This document shows, in pieces, positions 1-15,211 of a stretch of 64,000 bases of DNA. The first letter of the stretch is position 1. Each line of letters starts with the position of its first letter. A model generated the notes under the pieces. The model ran no database searches. It had not been told where the DNA came from and saw only the letters and a program-made list of their open reading frames with translations. The position numbers and the translations under genes are program-made. The DNA comes from Eledone cirrhosa (Eukaryota): positions 129,146,001 through 129,210,000 of the forward strand of contig OZ024743.1 in the NCBI GenBank assembly GCA_964016885.1, given 5' to 3'.

Positions 1-29
1 GCACCTAGCACCAAACACCAAGCACCAAG

Positions 30-870
30 CACCAAACACCAAGCACCAAACACCAAACAGCAAACACCAAACACCAAACAGCAAACACCAAACACGAAAC
101 AGCAAACACCATAGAGCAAACAACAAACACCAAAAAGCAGACACCAAACAGCAAACAGCAAACACCAAACACCAAACAGCAAACAGCAAACACCAGGCAC
201 CAAACACCAAGTACCAAGCACCAAACACCAAGCACCAAGCACCAAACACCAAGCACCAAGCACCAAGCATCAAGCAGCAAGCATCAAACACCAAACACCA
301 AGCACCAAGCACCAAACACCAAACACCAAACGCCAATCATCAACAACCAAACACCAAGCACCAAGCACCAAGCACCAAGCACGCAGCACCAAACACCAAG
401 CCCCAAGCACCAAACAGCAAACACCAAGCACCAAGCACCAATCACCAAACAACAAGCACCAAGCACCAAACACCAAGCACCAAACACCAAACAGCAAACA
501 CCAAACACCAAACAGCAAACACCAAACATGAAACAGCAAACACCATAGAGCAAACAACAAACACCAAAAAGCAGACACCAAACAGCAAACAGCAAACACC
601 AAACACCAAACAGCAAACAGCAAACACCAAGCACCAAACACCAAGTACCAAGCACCAAACACCAAGCACCAAGCACCAAACACCAAGCACCAAGCACCAA
701 GCATCAAGCAGCAAGCATCAAACACCAAACACCAAGCACCAAGCACCAAACACCAAACACCAAACACCAATCATCAAATACCAAACACCAAGCACCAAGC
801 ACCAAGCACCAAGCACCAAGCACGCAGCACCAAACACCAAGCCCCAAGCACCAAACACCAAACACCAAGC
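30..870. repeat. Higher-order tandem duplication, period ~434-441 bp (62-63 heptamers), 2 slightly diverged copies
   Basis: Near-identical ORFs 5..280 and 442..714 share a start offset of 434. Landmark CACCATA-GAGCAAA lies at ~107 and ~541; CACGCAG at ~380 and ~821. Confidence 0.85.
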
Positions 871-3800
871 ACCAAGCACCAAACACCAAACACCAAAGAC
901 TAAACACCAAACAGGAAACACCAAACACCAAACAACAAACACCAAACAGCAAACAATAAACACGAAACAGCAAACACGATACAGCAAACACCAAACACCA
1001 AAAAGCAGACACCAAACAGCAAACAGCAAACACCAAACACCAAACAGCAAAAACCAAACACCAAGCACCAAACACCAAGCACCAAGCACCAAACACCAAG
1101 CACCAAGCACCAAACACCAAACACCAAGCACCAAAGACCAAGCACCAAGCGCCAAGCACCAAACACCAAGCACCAAGCACCAAGCACCAAACACCAAGCA
1201 CCAAGCACCAAACACCAACCACCCAGCACCAAGCACCAAGCACCAAACACCAAGCACCAAACACCAAACACCAAGCACCAAGCACCAAACACCAAGCACC
1301 AAGCACCAAGCACCAAACACCAAGCCCCAAGTACCAAGCACCAAACACCAAGCACCAAACACCAAGCACCAAGCACCAAACATCAAGCACCAAGCACCAA
1401 ACACCAAGCACCAATCACCAAACACCTAACACCTAACACCAAGCACCAAGCACCAAGCACCAAACACCAAGCACCAAACACCAAACACCAGCATCAAGCA
1501 CCAAACACCATGCACCAGGCACCAAGCACCAAACACCAAGCACCAAGCACCAAACACCAAGCACCAAGCATGAAGCACCAAACACCAAACACCAAGCACC
1601 AAGCACCAAGCACCAAACACCAAGCACCAAACACCAAGAATCAAGCACAAAACACCATGCAGCAAGCACCAAGTACAAACACCAAGCATCAAGCACCAAG
1701 CACCAAACACCAAGCACCAAGCACCAAACACCAAGCACCAAGCACCAAACACCAAACACAAAACAGCAAACACCAAACACCAAACACCAAACAGGAAACA
1801 CCAAGCACCAATCACCAAACAACAAGCACCAGGCACCAAGCACCAAACACCAAGCACCAAGCACCAAACACCATGCACCAAAGACCAAGCACCAAAGACC
1901 AAACACCAAACAGCAAACACCAAACACCAAACACCAAACACCAAGCACCAAGCATCAAACACCTAACACCTAACACCAAGCACCAAGCACCAAGCACCAA
2001 ACACCAAGCACCAAACACAAAACACCAAGCATCAAGCACCAAACACCATGCACCAGGCACCAAGCACCAAACACCAAGCACCAAGCATGAAGCACCAAAC
2101 ATCAAACACCAAGCACCAAACACTTAACACCAAGCACCAAGCACCAAGCACCAAACACCAAGCACCAAACACCAAAAACCAAGCACTAAGCAGCAAACAC
2201 CAAGCACCAAACACCAAGAATCAAGCACAAAACACCAAGCACCAAGCACCAAGTACAAACACCAACCATCAAGCACCAAGCACCAAACACCAAGCACCAA
2301 GCACCAAACACCAAGCACCAAGCACCAAGCACCAAACACCAAACAGCAAACACCAAACACCAAACACCAAGCACCAAGCACCAAGCATCAAACACCAAGC
2401 ATCAAACACCAAACACCCAGCACCCAGCACCAAACACCAAACAGCAAACACCAAACACCAAACACCAAACAGCAAACACCAAGCACCAATCACCAAACAA
2501 CAAGCACCAGGCACCAAGCACCAAACACCAAGCACCAAGCACCAAACACCAAGCACCAAGCACCAAACACCAAGCACCAAGCACCAAGCACCAAACACCA
2601 AACAGCAAACACCAAACACCAAACACCAAACAGCAAACACCAAGCACCAATCACCAAACAACAAGCACCAGTCACCAAGCACCAAACACCAAACACCAAG
2701 CACCAAGCACCAAACACCAAGCACCAAAGACCAAGCACCAAAGACCAAACACCAAACAGCAAACACCAAACACCAAACAGCAAACACCAAACATGAAACA
2801 GCAAACACCATAGAGCAAACAACAAACACCAAAAAGCAGACACCAAACAGCAAACAGCAAACACCAAAAACACCAAACAGCAAACAGCAAACACCAAGCA
2901 CCAAACACCAAGTACCAATCACCAAACACCAAGCACCAAGCACCAAACACCAAACCCCAAGCACCAAGCACCAAACACTAATCACAATGCACCAAGCACC
3001 AAGCACCAAACACCAAGCACCAAGCACCAAGCACTAAACACCAAACACCAAAGACCAAGCACCAAGCACCAAGCACCAAACACCAAGCACCAAGCACTAA
3101 ACACCAAACCCCAAGCACCTAGCACCAAACACTAAGCACCAAGCACCAAACACCAAGCACCAAGCACCAAACACCAAGCACCAAGCACCAAGCACCAAAC
3201 ACCAAACACCAAGCACCAAAGACCAAGCACCAAGCACCAAACACCAAGCACCCAGCACCAAACACCAAGCACCAAACACCAACCACCCAGCACCAAGCAC
3301 CAAACACCAAGCTCCAAGCACCAAACACCAAGCACCAAGTACCTAGCACCAAACACCAAACACCAAGCACCAAACACCAAGCACCAATCACCAAGCACCA
3401 AACACCAAGCAGCCAGCAGCAAGCACCAAACACCAAACACCAAGCACCAAGCACCAAAAACCAAACACCACGCACCAAGCACCAAACACCTAACACCAAG
3501 CACCAAGCACCACGTAGCAAGCACCAAACACCAAGCACCAAACACCAAACACCAAGCACCAAGCACCAAATACCAAGCACCAAACACCAAACACCAAGCA
3601 CCAAGCACCAAACTCCTAACACCAAGCACCAACCACCAAGCACCAAACACCAAGCAACATGCACCAAGCACCAAGCACCAAGCACCAAACACCAAGCACC
3701 AAACACCAAGCACCAAGCACCAAACACCAAGCACCAAGCACCAAGCACCAAACACCAAGAACCAAGCACCAAGCACCAAGCACCAAGCACCAAGCACCAA

Positions 3801-6800
3801 ACACCAAACACCAAGCACCAAGCACCAAACACTAATCACCAAGCACCAAGCACCAAACACCAAGCACCAAGCACCAAACACCAAACACCAATCACCAAAC
3901 ACCAAGCACCAAGCACAAAGCACCAAACACCAAGCACCAAGCACCAAGCACCAAGCACCAAACACCAAGCACCAAACACCAAACACCAAGCACCAAGCAC
4001 CAAACACCAAACACGAAGCACCAAGCACCAAACACCAAGCCCCAAGTACCAAGCACCAAACACCAAACACCAAGCACCAAGCACCAAGCACCTAGCACCA
4101 AACACCAAGCACCAAGCACCAAACACCAAGCACCAATCACCAAGCACCAAACACCAAGCAGCAAGCAGCAAGCGCCAAACACCAAACACCAAACACCAAG
4201 CACCAAGCACCAAGCACCAAACACCTAACACCTAACACCAAGCACCAAGCACCAAACACCAAGCACCAAACACCAAACACCAAGCACCAAGCAACAAACA
4301 CCACGCACCAGGCACCAAGCACCAAACACCAAGCACCAAGCACCAAACACCAAGCACCAGGCATGAAGCACCAAACACCTAACACCAAGCACCAAGCACC
4401 AAGCACCAAACACCAAGCACCAAACACCAAACACCAAGCACCAAGCACCAAACACCAAGCACCAAGCTCCAAACACCAAGCACCAAACACCAAGTACAAA
4501 CACCAAGCACCAAGCACCAAGCACCAAACACCAAGCACCAAGCACCAAGCATCAAGCACCAAGCATCAAACACCAAACACCAAGCACCAAGCACCAAACA
4601 CCAAACACCAAGCATCAAACACCAAACACAAAACACCAAGCACCAAGCACCAAGCACCAAGCACCAAGCACGCAGCACCAAACAGCAAACACCAAGAACC
4701 AATCACCAAATAACAAGCACTAGGCACCAAGCACCAAACACCAAACACCAAGCACCAAGCACCAAACACCAAGCACGAAGCACCAAGCACCAAACACCAA
4801 GCCCCAAGTACCAAGCACCAAACACCAAACACCAAGCACCAAGCACCAAGCACCTAGCACCAAACACCAAGCACCAAGCACCAAACACCAAGCACCAAAC
4901 ACCAAACAACAAACACCAAACAGCAAACACCAAACATGAAACAGCAAACACCATAGAGCAAACAACAAACACCAAAAAGTAGACACCAAACGGCAAACAG
5001 CAAACACCAAACACCAAACAGCAAACAGCAAACACCAAGAACCAAACACCAAGTACCAAGCACCAAACACCAAGCACCAAGCACCAAACACCAAGCACCA
5101 AGCACCAAGCATCAAGCAGGAAGCATCAAACACCAAACACCAAGCACCAAGCACCAAACACCAAACACCAAACACCAATCATCAAACACCAAACACCAAG
5201 CACCAAGCACCAAGCACCAAGCACCAAGCACCAAACACCAAGCCCCAAGCACCAAACACCAAACACCAAGCACCAAGCACCAATCACCAAACAACAAGCA
5301 CCAAGCACCAAACACCAAGCACCAAGCACCAAACACCAAACACCAAGCACCAAGCACCAAACACCAAGCACCAAAGACTAAACACCAAACAGGAAACACC
5401 AAACACCAAACACCAAACACCAAACAGCAAACAATAAACACGAAACAGCAAACACGATACAGCAAACACCAAACACCAAAAAGCAGACACCAAACAGCAA
5501 ACAGCAAACAGCAAACATCAAACACCAAACAGCAAAAACCAAACACCAAGCACCAAACACCAAGCACCAAGCACCAAACACCAAGCACCAAGCACCAATC
5601 ACCAAACCCCAAGCACCAAGCACCAAACACTAATCACCAAGCACCAAAGACCAAGCACCAAGCGCCAAGCACCAAACACCAAGCACCAAGCACCAAACAC
5701 CAAGCACCAAGCACCAAACAACAACCACCCAGCACCAAGCACCAAGCACCAAACACCAAGCACCAAACACCAAACACCAAGCACCAAACACCAAGCACCA
5801 AGCACCAAACACCAAGCCCCAAGTACCAAGCACCAAACACCAAGCACCAAACACCAAGCACCAAGCACCAATCATCAAGCACCAAGCACCAAACACCAAG
5901 CACCAATCACCAAACACCTAACACCTAACACCAAACACAAAGCACCAAGCACCAAACACCAAGCACCAAACACCAAACACCAAGCATCAAGCACCAAACA
6001 CCATGCACCAGGCACCAAGCACCAAACACCAAGCACCAAGCACCAAACACCAAGCACCAAGCATGAAGCACCAAACACCAAACACCAAGCACCAAACACC
6101 TAACACCAAGCACCAAGCACCAAGCACCAAACACCAAGCACCAAACACCAAACACCAAGCACTAAGCACCAAACACCAAGCACCAAACACCAAGAATCAA
6201 GCACAAAACACCAAGCACCAAGCACCAAGTACAAACACCAAGCATCAAGCACCAAGCACCAAACACCAAGCACCAAGCACCAAACACCAAGCACCAAGCA
6301 CCAAGCACCAAACACAAAACAGCAAACACCAAACACCAAATACCAAACAGCAAACACCAAGCACCAATCACCAAACAACAAGCACCAGGCACCAAGCACC
6401 AAACACCAAACACCAAGCACCAAGCACCAAACACCAAGCACCAAAGACCAAGCACCAAAAACCAAACACCAAACAGCAAACAACAAACACCAAACAGCAA
6501 ACACCAAGCATCAAACACCTAACACCTAACACCAAGCACCAAGCACCAAGCACCAAACACCAAGCACCAAACACCAAACACCAAGCATCAAGCACCAAAC
6601 ACCAAGCACCAGGCACCAAGCACCAAACACCAAGCACCAAGCACCAAACACCAAGCACCAAGCATGAAGCACCAAACACCAAACACCAAGCACCAAATAC
6701 CTAACACCAAGCACCAAGCACCAAGCACCAAACACCAAGCACCAAACACCAAACACCAAGCACTAAGCAGCAAACACCTAGCACCAAACACCAAGAATCA

Positions 6801-8230
6801 AGCACAAAACACCAAGCACCAAGCACCAAGTACAAACACCAACCATCAAGCACCAAGCACCAAACACCAAGCACCAAACACCAAGCACCAAGCACCAAGC
6901 ACCAAACACCAAACAGCAAACACCAAACACCAAACACCAAGCACCAAGCACCAAGCATCAAACACCAAGCATCAAACACCAAACACCAAGCACCCAGCAC
7001 CAAACACCAAACAGCAAACACCAAACACCAAACACCAAACAGCAAACACCAAGCACCAATCACCAAACAACAAGCACCAGGCACCAAGCACCAAACACCA
7101 AGCACCAAGCACCAAACACCAAGCACCAAGCACCAAACACCAAGCACCAAGCACCAAGCACCAAACATCAAACAGCAAACACCAAACACCAAACACCAAA
7201 CAGCAAACACCAAGCACCAATCACCAAACAACAAGCACCAGGCGCCAAGCACCAAACACCAAACACCAAGCACCAAGCACCAAACACCAAGCACCAAAGA
7301 CCAAGCACCAAAGACCAAACACCAAACAGCAAACACCAAACAGCAAACACCAAACATGAAACAGCAAACACCATAGAGCAAACACCAAACACCAAAAAGC
7401 AGACACCAAACAGCAAACAGCAAACACCAAAAACAGCAAACAGCAAACAGCAAACACCAAGCACCAAACACCAAGTACCAAGCACCAAATACCAAGCACC
7501 AAGCACCAAACACCAAACCCCAAGCACCAAGCACCAAACACTAATCACAATGCACCAAGCACCAAGCACCAAACACCAAGCACCAAGCACCAAGCACTAA
7601 ACACCAAACAGCAAAGACCAAGCACCAAGCACCAAGCACCAAACACCAAGCACCAAGCACCAAACACCAAACCCCAAGCACCTAGCACCAAACACTAAGC
7701 ACCAAGCACCAAACACCAAGCACCAAGCACCAAACACCAAGCACCAAGCACCAAGCACCAAACACCAAACACCAAGCACCAAAGACCAAGCACCAAGCAC
7801 CAAATACCAAGCACCCAGCACCAAACAACAAACACCAAACAGCAAACACCAAACATGAAACAGCAAACACCATAGAGCAAACAACAAACACCAAAAAGCA
7901 GACACCAAACAGCAAACAGCAAACACCAAACACCAAACAGCAAACAGCAAACACCAAGAACCAAACACCAAGTACCAAGCACCAAACACCAAGCACCAAG
8001 CACCAAGCATCAAGCAGGAAGCATCAAACACCAAACACCAAGCACCAAGCACCAAACACCAAACACCAAACACCAATCATCAAACACCAAACACCAAGCA
8101 CCAAGCACCAAGCACCAAGCACCAAACACCAAGCTCCAAGCACCAAACACCAAACACCAAGCACCAAGCACCAATCACCAAACAACAAGCACCAAGCACC
8201 AAACACCAAGCACCAAGCACCAAACACCAA
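500..8230. repeat. Diverged ~2.8-2.9 kb block present at ~500-3260 and ~4900-7820, restarting at ~7820-8230
   Basis: Same ordered rare variants (CATGAAA, AAGCAGA, GACTAAA, CAGGAAA, CAATAAA, CACGATA, AATCAAG, TACAAA, CACTAAT-CACAATG) at offsets drifting from ~4408 to ~4563. ORFs 270..770, 4720..5178 and 7597..8076 begin with the same peptide. Confidence 0.8.
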
Positions 8231-9295
8231 ACACCAAACACAAAACAGCAAGCACCAAGCACCAAGCACCAAACACCAGACACCAAGCCCCAAGCACCAA
8301 ACACCAAACACCAAGCACCAAGCACCAAGCACCAAGCACCAAACACCAAACACCAAGCACCAAACACCAAACACCAAGCACGAAGCACCAAACACCAAAC
8401 ACCAAGCACCAAGCACGAAGCACCAAACAGCAAGCACCAAGCACCAAACACCAAGCACCAAGCACCAGACACCAAACACCAAACACCAAGCACCAAACAC
8501 CAAACACCAAACACCAAGCACCAAGCACAAAGCAACAAACACCAAGCACCAAGCACCAAGCACCAAACAACAAGCACCAAGCACCAAGCACCAAACACCA
8601 ATCACCAAGCACCAAACACCAAACACCAAGCACCAAGCACAAAGCACCAATCACCAAGCAGCAAGGACCAAACACCAAGCACCAAACACCAAGCACCAAG
8701 GACCAAGCACCAAACACCAAGCACCAAGCACCAAACACCAAGCACCAAGCACCAAGCACCAAGCACCAAAGACCAAGCACCAACCATCAAGTACCAAACA
8801 CCAAGCACCAAGTACCAAACACCAAACACCAAGCACCAAGTAACAAGCACCAAGCACCAAACACCAAGCACCAAGCAGCAAGCACCAAACACCAATCACC
8901 AAACAGCAAACACCAAACACCATACAGCAAACACAAAACACCAAAAAGCAGACACCAAACAGCAAACATCAAACACCAAACACCAAACACCAAACAGCAA
9001 ACAGCAAACACCAAACACCAAGCACCAAACACCAAGTACCAAGCACCAAACACCAAGCACCAAACACCAAACACCAAGCACCAAGCACCAAACACTAATC
9101 ACCAAGCACCAAGCACAAAACACCAAGCACCAAGCACCAAGCACCAAACACCAAGCACCAAATACCAAGCACCAAGCAGCAAACACCAAACCCCAAGCAC
9201 CAAGCACCAAACACTAATCACCAAGCACCAAGCACCAAACACCAAGCACCAAGCACCAAACACCAAGCACCAAACACCAAACACCAAGCACGAAG

Positions 9296-12200
9296 CACCA
9301 AGCACCAAACACCAAGCACCAAACACCAACCACCCAGCATCAAGCACCAAGCACCAAACACCAAGCACCAAGCACCAAACACCAAACACCAAACACCAAA
9401 CACCAAGCACCAAGCACCAAACACCAAGCACCAAGCACCAAACACCAAGCACCAAACACCAAACACCAAGCACCAAGCACCAAACACCAAGCACCAAACA
9501 CCAAACACCAAGAACCAAGTACTCAACACCAAGCACCAAGCACCAAGCACCAAGTACAAACACCAAGCACCAAGCACCAAGCATCAAACACCAAACACCA
9601 AGCACCAAGCACCACGCACCAAACACCAAACTCCAAGCACCAGACACCAAGCACCAAGCACCAAACACCAAACACCAAACACCAAACACCAAGCACCAAG
9701 CACCAATCACCAAACAACAAGCACCAAGCACCTAGATCCAAACACCAAACACCAAGCACCAAGCACCCAGCACGAAGCACCAAACACGAAGCACGCAGCA
9801 CCAAACACCAAGCACCAAGCCCCAAACACCAAGCACCAAGCACCAAACACCAAACCCCAAGCACCAAGCACCAAGCACCAAGCACCAAACACCAAACACC
9901 AAGCACCAAATACCAAGCACCAGATACCAAACAGCAAACACCAAACACGAAACAGCAAACACCAAACGCCAAACACCAAGCACCAAGCACCAATCACCAA
10001 ACAACAAGCACCAAGCACCAAGCACCAAACACCAAGCACCAAGCACCAAACACCAAACACCAAGCACCAAATACCAAGCACCAAGCACCAAACACCAAAC
10101 CCCAAGCACCAAGCACCAAACACTAATCACCAAGCACCAAGCACCAAGCACCAAACACCAAGCACCAAGCACAGAGCACCAAACACCAAACACCAAGCAC
10201 CAAACACCAAGCACCAAGCACCAAGCACCAAGCACCAAACACCAAGCACCAAGCACCAAACACCAACAACCCAGCACCAAACACGAAGCACCAAACACCA
10301 AGCACCAAGCACCTAGCACAAAACACCAAACACCAAGCACAAAGCACCAAACACCAAGCACCAATCACCAAGCACCAAACACCAAGCAGCAAGCAGAAAG
10401 CACCAAACAACAAACACTAAGCACCAAACACCAAACACCAAGCACCAAGCACCAAACACCTAACACCAAGCACCAAGCACCAAACACCAAACACCATACA
10501 CCAAACAGCAAACAGCAAACACCAAACACCAAGCACCAAACACCAAGTACCAAGCACCAAACACCAAGCACCAAACACCAAACACCAAGCACCAAGCACC
10601 AAACACTAATCACCAAGCACCAAGCACCAAACACCAAGCACCAAGCACCAAGCACCAAACACCAAGCACCAAAGACCAAGCACCAAGCACCAAGCACCAA
10701 ACACCAAGCACCAAGCACCAAGCACCAAACACCAAGCACCAAACACCAACCACCCAGCATCAAGCACCAAGCACCAAACACCAAGCACCAAGCACCAAAC
10801 ACCAAACACCAAACACCAAACACCAAGCACCTAGCACCAAACACCAAGCACCAAGCACCAAACACCAAGCACCAAACACCAAACACCAAGCACCAAGCAC
10901 CAAACACCAAGCACCAAACACCAAACACCAAGAACCAAGTACTCAACACCAAGCACCAAGCACCAAGCACCAAGTACAAACACCAAGCACCAAGCACCAA
11001 ACACCAAGCACCAAGCACCAAGCATCAAACACCAAGCATCAAACACCAAACACCAAACACCAAGGACCAAACACCAAGCATAAAGCACCAAACACGAAGC
11101 AGCAAGCAGAAAGCACCAAACAACAAACACCAAGCACCAAGCACCAAACACCAAGCACCAAGGACCAAACACCAAACACCATGCACCAAGCACCAAACAC
11201 CTAACACCAAGCACCAAGCACCAAACACCAAACACCAAGCACCAAGCACCAAACACCAAGCACCAGGCACCAAGCACCAAACACCAAGCACCAAGCACCA
11301 AACACCAAGCACCAAGCACCAAACACCAAGCACCAAGCACCAAACACCTAACACCTAACACCAAGCAACAAGCACCAAGCAGCAAGCACCAAACACCAAA
11401 CACCAAGCACCAAACACCAAACACCAAGCACCAAACACCAAGAACCAAGCACCAAACACCAAGCACCAAACACCAAGCACCAAGCACCAAGCACCAAACA
11501 CCAAGCACCAAGCACCAAGCACCAAGTACAAACACCAAGCACCAAACACCAAGCACCAAGCATCAAGCATCAAACACCAAGCATCAAACACCAAACACCA
11601 AGCAACAAGCACCAAACACCAAACACCAAGCACCAAGCACCAAGCATCAAACACCAAACACCAAGCACCAAGCACCAAGCACCAAACACCAAACTCCAAG
11701 CACCAGACACCAAGCACCAAGCACCAAACACCAAACACCAAACACCAAACACCAAGCACCAAGCACCAATCACCAAACAACAAGCACCAAGCACCAAGAT
11801 CCAAACACCAAACACCAAGCACCAAGCATCCAGCACGAAGCACCAAACACGAAGCACGCAGCACCAAACACCAAGCACCAAGCACCAAACACCAAGCACC
11901 AAGCACCAAACACCAAACCCCAAGCACCAAGCACCAAGCACCAAGCACCAAACACCAAACACCAAGCACCAAATACCAAGCACCAAATACCAAACAGCAA
12001 ACACCAAACACGAAACAGCAAACACCAAACGCCAAACACCAAGCACCAAGCACCAATCACCAAACAACAAGCACCAAGCACCAAGCACCAAACACCAAGC
12101 ACCAAGCACCAAACACCAAACACCAAGCACCAAACACCAAGCACCAAGCACCAAACACCAAACCCCAAGCATCAAGCACCAAACACTAATCACCAAGCAC

Positions 12201-15200
12201 CAAGCACCAAACACCAAACACCAAGCACAGAGCACCAAACACCAAACACCAAGCACCAAACACCAAGCACCAAACACCAACCACCCAGCATCAAGCACCA
12301 AGCACCAAACACCAAGCACCAAGCACCAAACACCAAACACCAAACACCAAACACCAAGCACCAAGCACCAAACACCAAGCACCAAGCACCAAACACCAAG
12401 CACGAAACACCAAACACCAAGCACCAAGCACCAAACACCAAGCACCAAACACCAAACACCAAGAACCAAGTACTCAACACCAAGCACCAAGCACCAAGCA
12501 CCAAGTACAAACACCAAGCACCAAGCACCAAGCATCAAACACCAAACACCAAGCACCAAGCACCACGCACCAAACACCAAACTCCAAGCACCAGACACCA
12601 AGCACCAAGCACCAAACACCAAACACCAAACACCAAACACCAAGCACCAAGCACCAATCACCAAACAACAAGCACCAAGCACCTAGATCCAAACACCAAA
12701 CACCAAGCACCAAGCACCCAGCACGAAGCACCAAACACGAAGCACGCAGCACCAAACACCAAGCACCAAGCCCCAAACACCAAGCACCAAGCACCAAACA
12801 CCAAACCCCAAGCACCAAGCACCAAGCACCAAGCACCAAACACCAAACACCAAGCACCAAATACCAAGCACCAGATACCAAACAGCAAACACCAAACACG
12901 AAACAGCAAACACCAAACGCCAAACACCAAGCACCAAGCACCAATCACCAAACAACAAGCACCAAGCACCAAGCACCAAACACCAAGCACCAAGCACCAA
13001 ACACCAAACACCAAGCACCAAATACCAAGCACCAAGCACCAAACACCAAACCCCAAGCACCAAGCACCAAACACTAATCACCAAGCACCAAGCACCAAGC
13101 ACCAAACACCAAGCACCAAGCACAGAGCACCAAACACCAAACACCAAGCACCAAACACCAAGCACCAAGCACCAAGCACCAAGCACCAAACACCAAGCAC
13201 CAAGCACCAAACACCAACAACCCAGCACCAAACACGAAGCACCAAACACCAAGCACCAAGCACCTAGCACAAAACACCAAACACCAAGCACAAAGCACCA
13301 AACACCAAGCACCAATCACCAAGCACCAAACACCAAGCAGCAAGCAGAAAGCACCAAACAACAAACACTAAGCACCAAACACCAAACACCAAGCACCAAG
13401 CACCAAACACCTAACACCAAGCACCAAGCACCAAACACCAAACACCATACACCAAACAGCAAACAGCAAACACCAAACACCAAGCACCAAACACCAAGTA
13501 CCAAGCACCAAACACCAAGCACCAAACACCAAACACCAAGCACCAAGCACCAAACACTAATCACCAAGCACCAAGCACCAAACACCAAGCACCAAGCACC
13601 AAGCACCAAACACCAAGCACCAAAGACCAAGCACCAAGCACCAAGCACCAAACACCAAGCACCAAGCACCAAGCACCAAACACCAAGCACCAAACACCAA
13701 CCACCCAGCATCAAGCACCAAGCACCAAACACCAAGCACCAAGCACCAAACACCAAACACCAAACACCAAACACCAAGCACCTAGCACCAAACACCAAGC
13801 ACCAAGCACCAAACACCAAGCACCAAACACCAAACACCAAGCACCAAGCACCAAACACCAAGCACCAAACACCAAACACCAAGAACCAAGTACTCAACAC
13901 CAAGCACCAAGCACCAAGCACCAAGTACAAACACCAAGCACCAAGCACCAAACACCAAGCACCAAGCACCAAGCATCAAACACCAAGCATCAAACACCAA
14001 ACACCAAACACCAAGGACCAAACACCAAGCATAAAGCACCAAACACGAAGCAGCAAGCAGAAAGCACCAAACAACAAACACCAAGCACCAAGCACCAAAC
14101 ACCAAGCACCAAGGACCAAACACCAAACACCATGCACCAAGCACCAAACACCTAACACCAAGCACCAAGCACCAAACACCAAACACCAAGCACCAAGCAC
14201 CAAACACCAAGCACCAGGCACCAAGCACCAAACACCAAGCACCAAGCACCAAACACCAAGCACCAAGCACCAAACACCAAGCACCAAGCACCAAACACCT
14301 AACACCTAACACCAAGCAACAAGCACCAAGCAGCAAGCACCAAACACCAAACACCAAGCACCAAACACCAAACACCAAGCACCAAACACCAAGAACCAAG
14401 CACCAAACACCAAGCACCAAACACCAAGCACCAAGCACCAAGCACCAAACACCAAGCACCAAGCACCAAGCACCAAGTACAAACACCAAGCACCAAACAC
14501 CAAGCACCAAGCATCAAGCATCAAACACCAAGCATCAAACACCAAACACCAAGCAACAAGCACCAAACACCAAACACCAAGCACCAAGCACCAAGCATCA
14601 AACACCAAACACCAAGCACCAAGCACCAAGCACCAAACACCAAACTCCAAGCACCAGACACCAAGCACCAAGCACCAAACACCAAACACCAAACACCAAA
14701 CACCAAGCACCAAGCACCAATCACCAAACAACAAGCACCAAGCACCAAGATCCAAACACCAAACACCAAGCACCAAGCATCCAGCACGAAGCACCAAACA
14801 CGAAGCACGCAGCACCAAACACCAAGCACCAAGCACCAAACACCAAGCACCAAGCACCAAACACCAAACCCCAAGCACCAAGCACCAAGCACCAAGCACC
14901 AAACACCAAACACCAAGCACCAAATACCAAGCACCAAATACCAAACAGCAAACACCAAACACGAAACAGCAAACACCAAACGCCAAACACCAAGCACCAA
15001 GCACCAATCACCAAACAACAAGCACCAAGCACCAAGCACCAAACACCAAGCACCAAGCACCAAACACCAAACACCAAGCACCAAACACCAAGCACCAAGC
15101 ACCAAACACCAAACCCCAAGCATCAAGCACCAAACACTAATCACCAAGCACCAAGCACCAAACACCAAACACCAAGCACAGAGCACCAAACACCAAACAC

Positions 15201-15211
15201 CAAGCACCAAA
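9296..15211. repeat. Near-perfect tandem duplication, period 2951 bp, 2 copies
   Basis: A run of identical ORFs at constant offset 2951 (9523/12474, 9707/12658, 10365/13316, 11355/14306, 11770/14721). Private variant TACTCAA is in both copies. One mismatch seen (~9453 vs ~12404). Confidence 0.93.
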
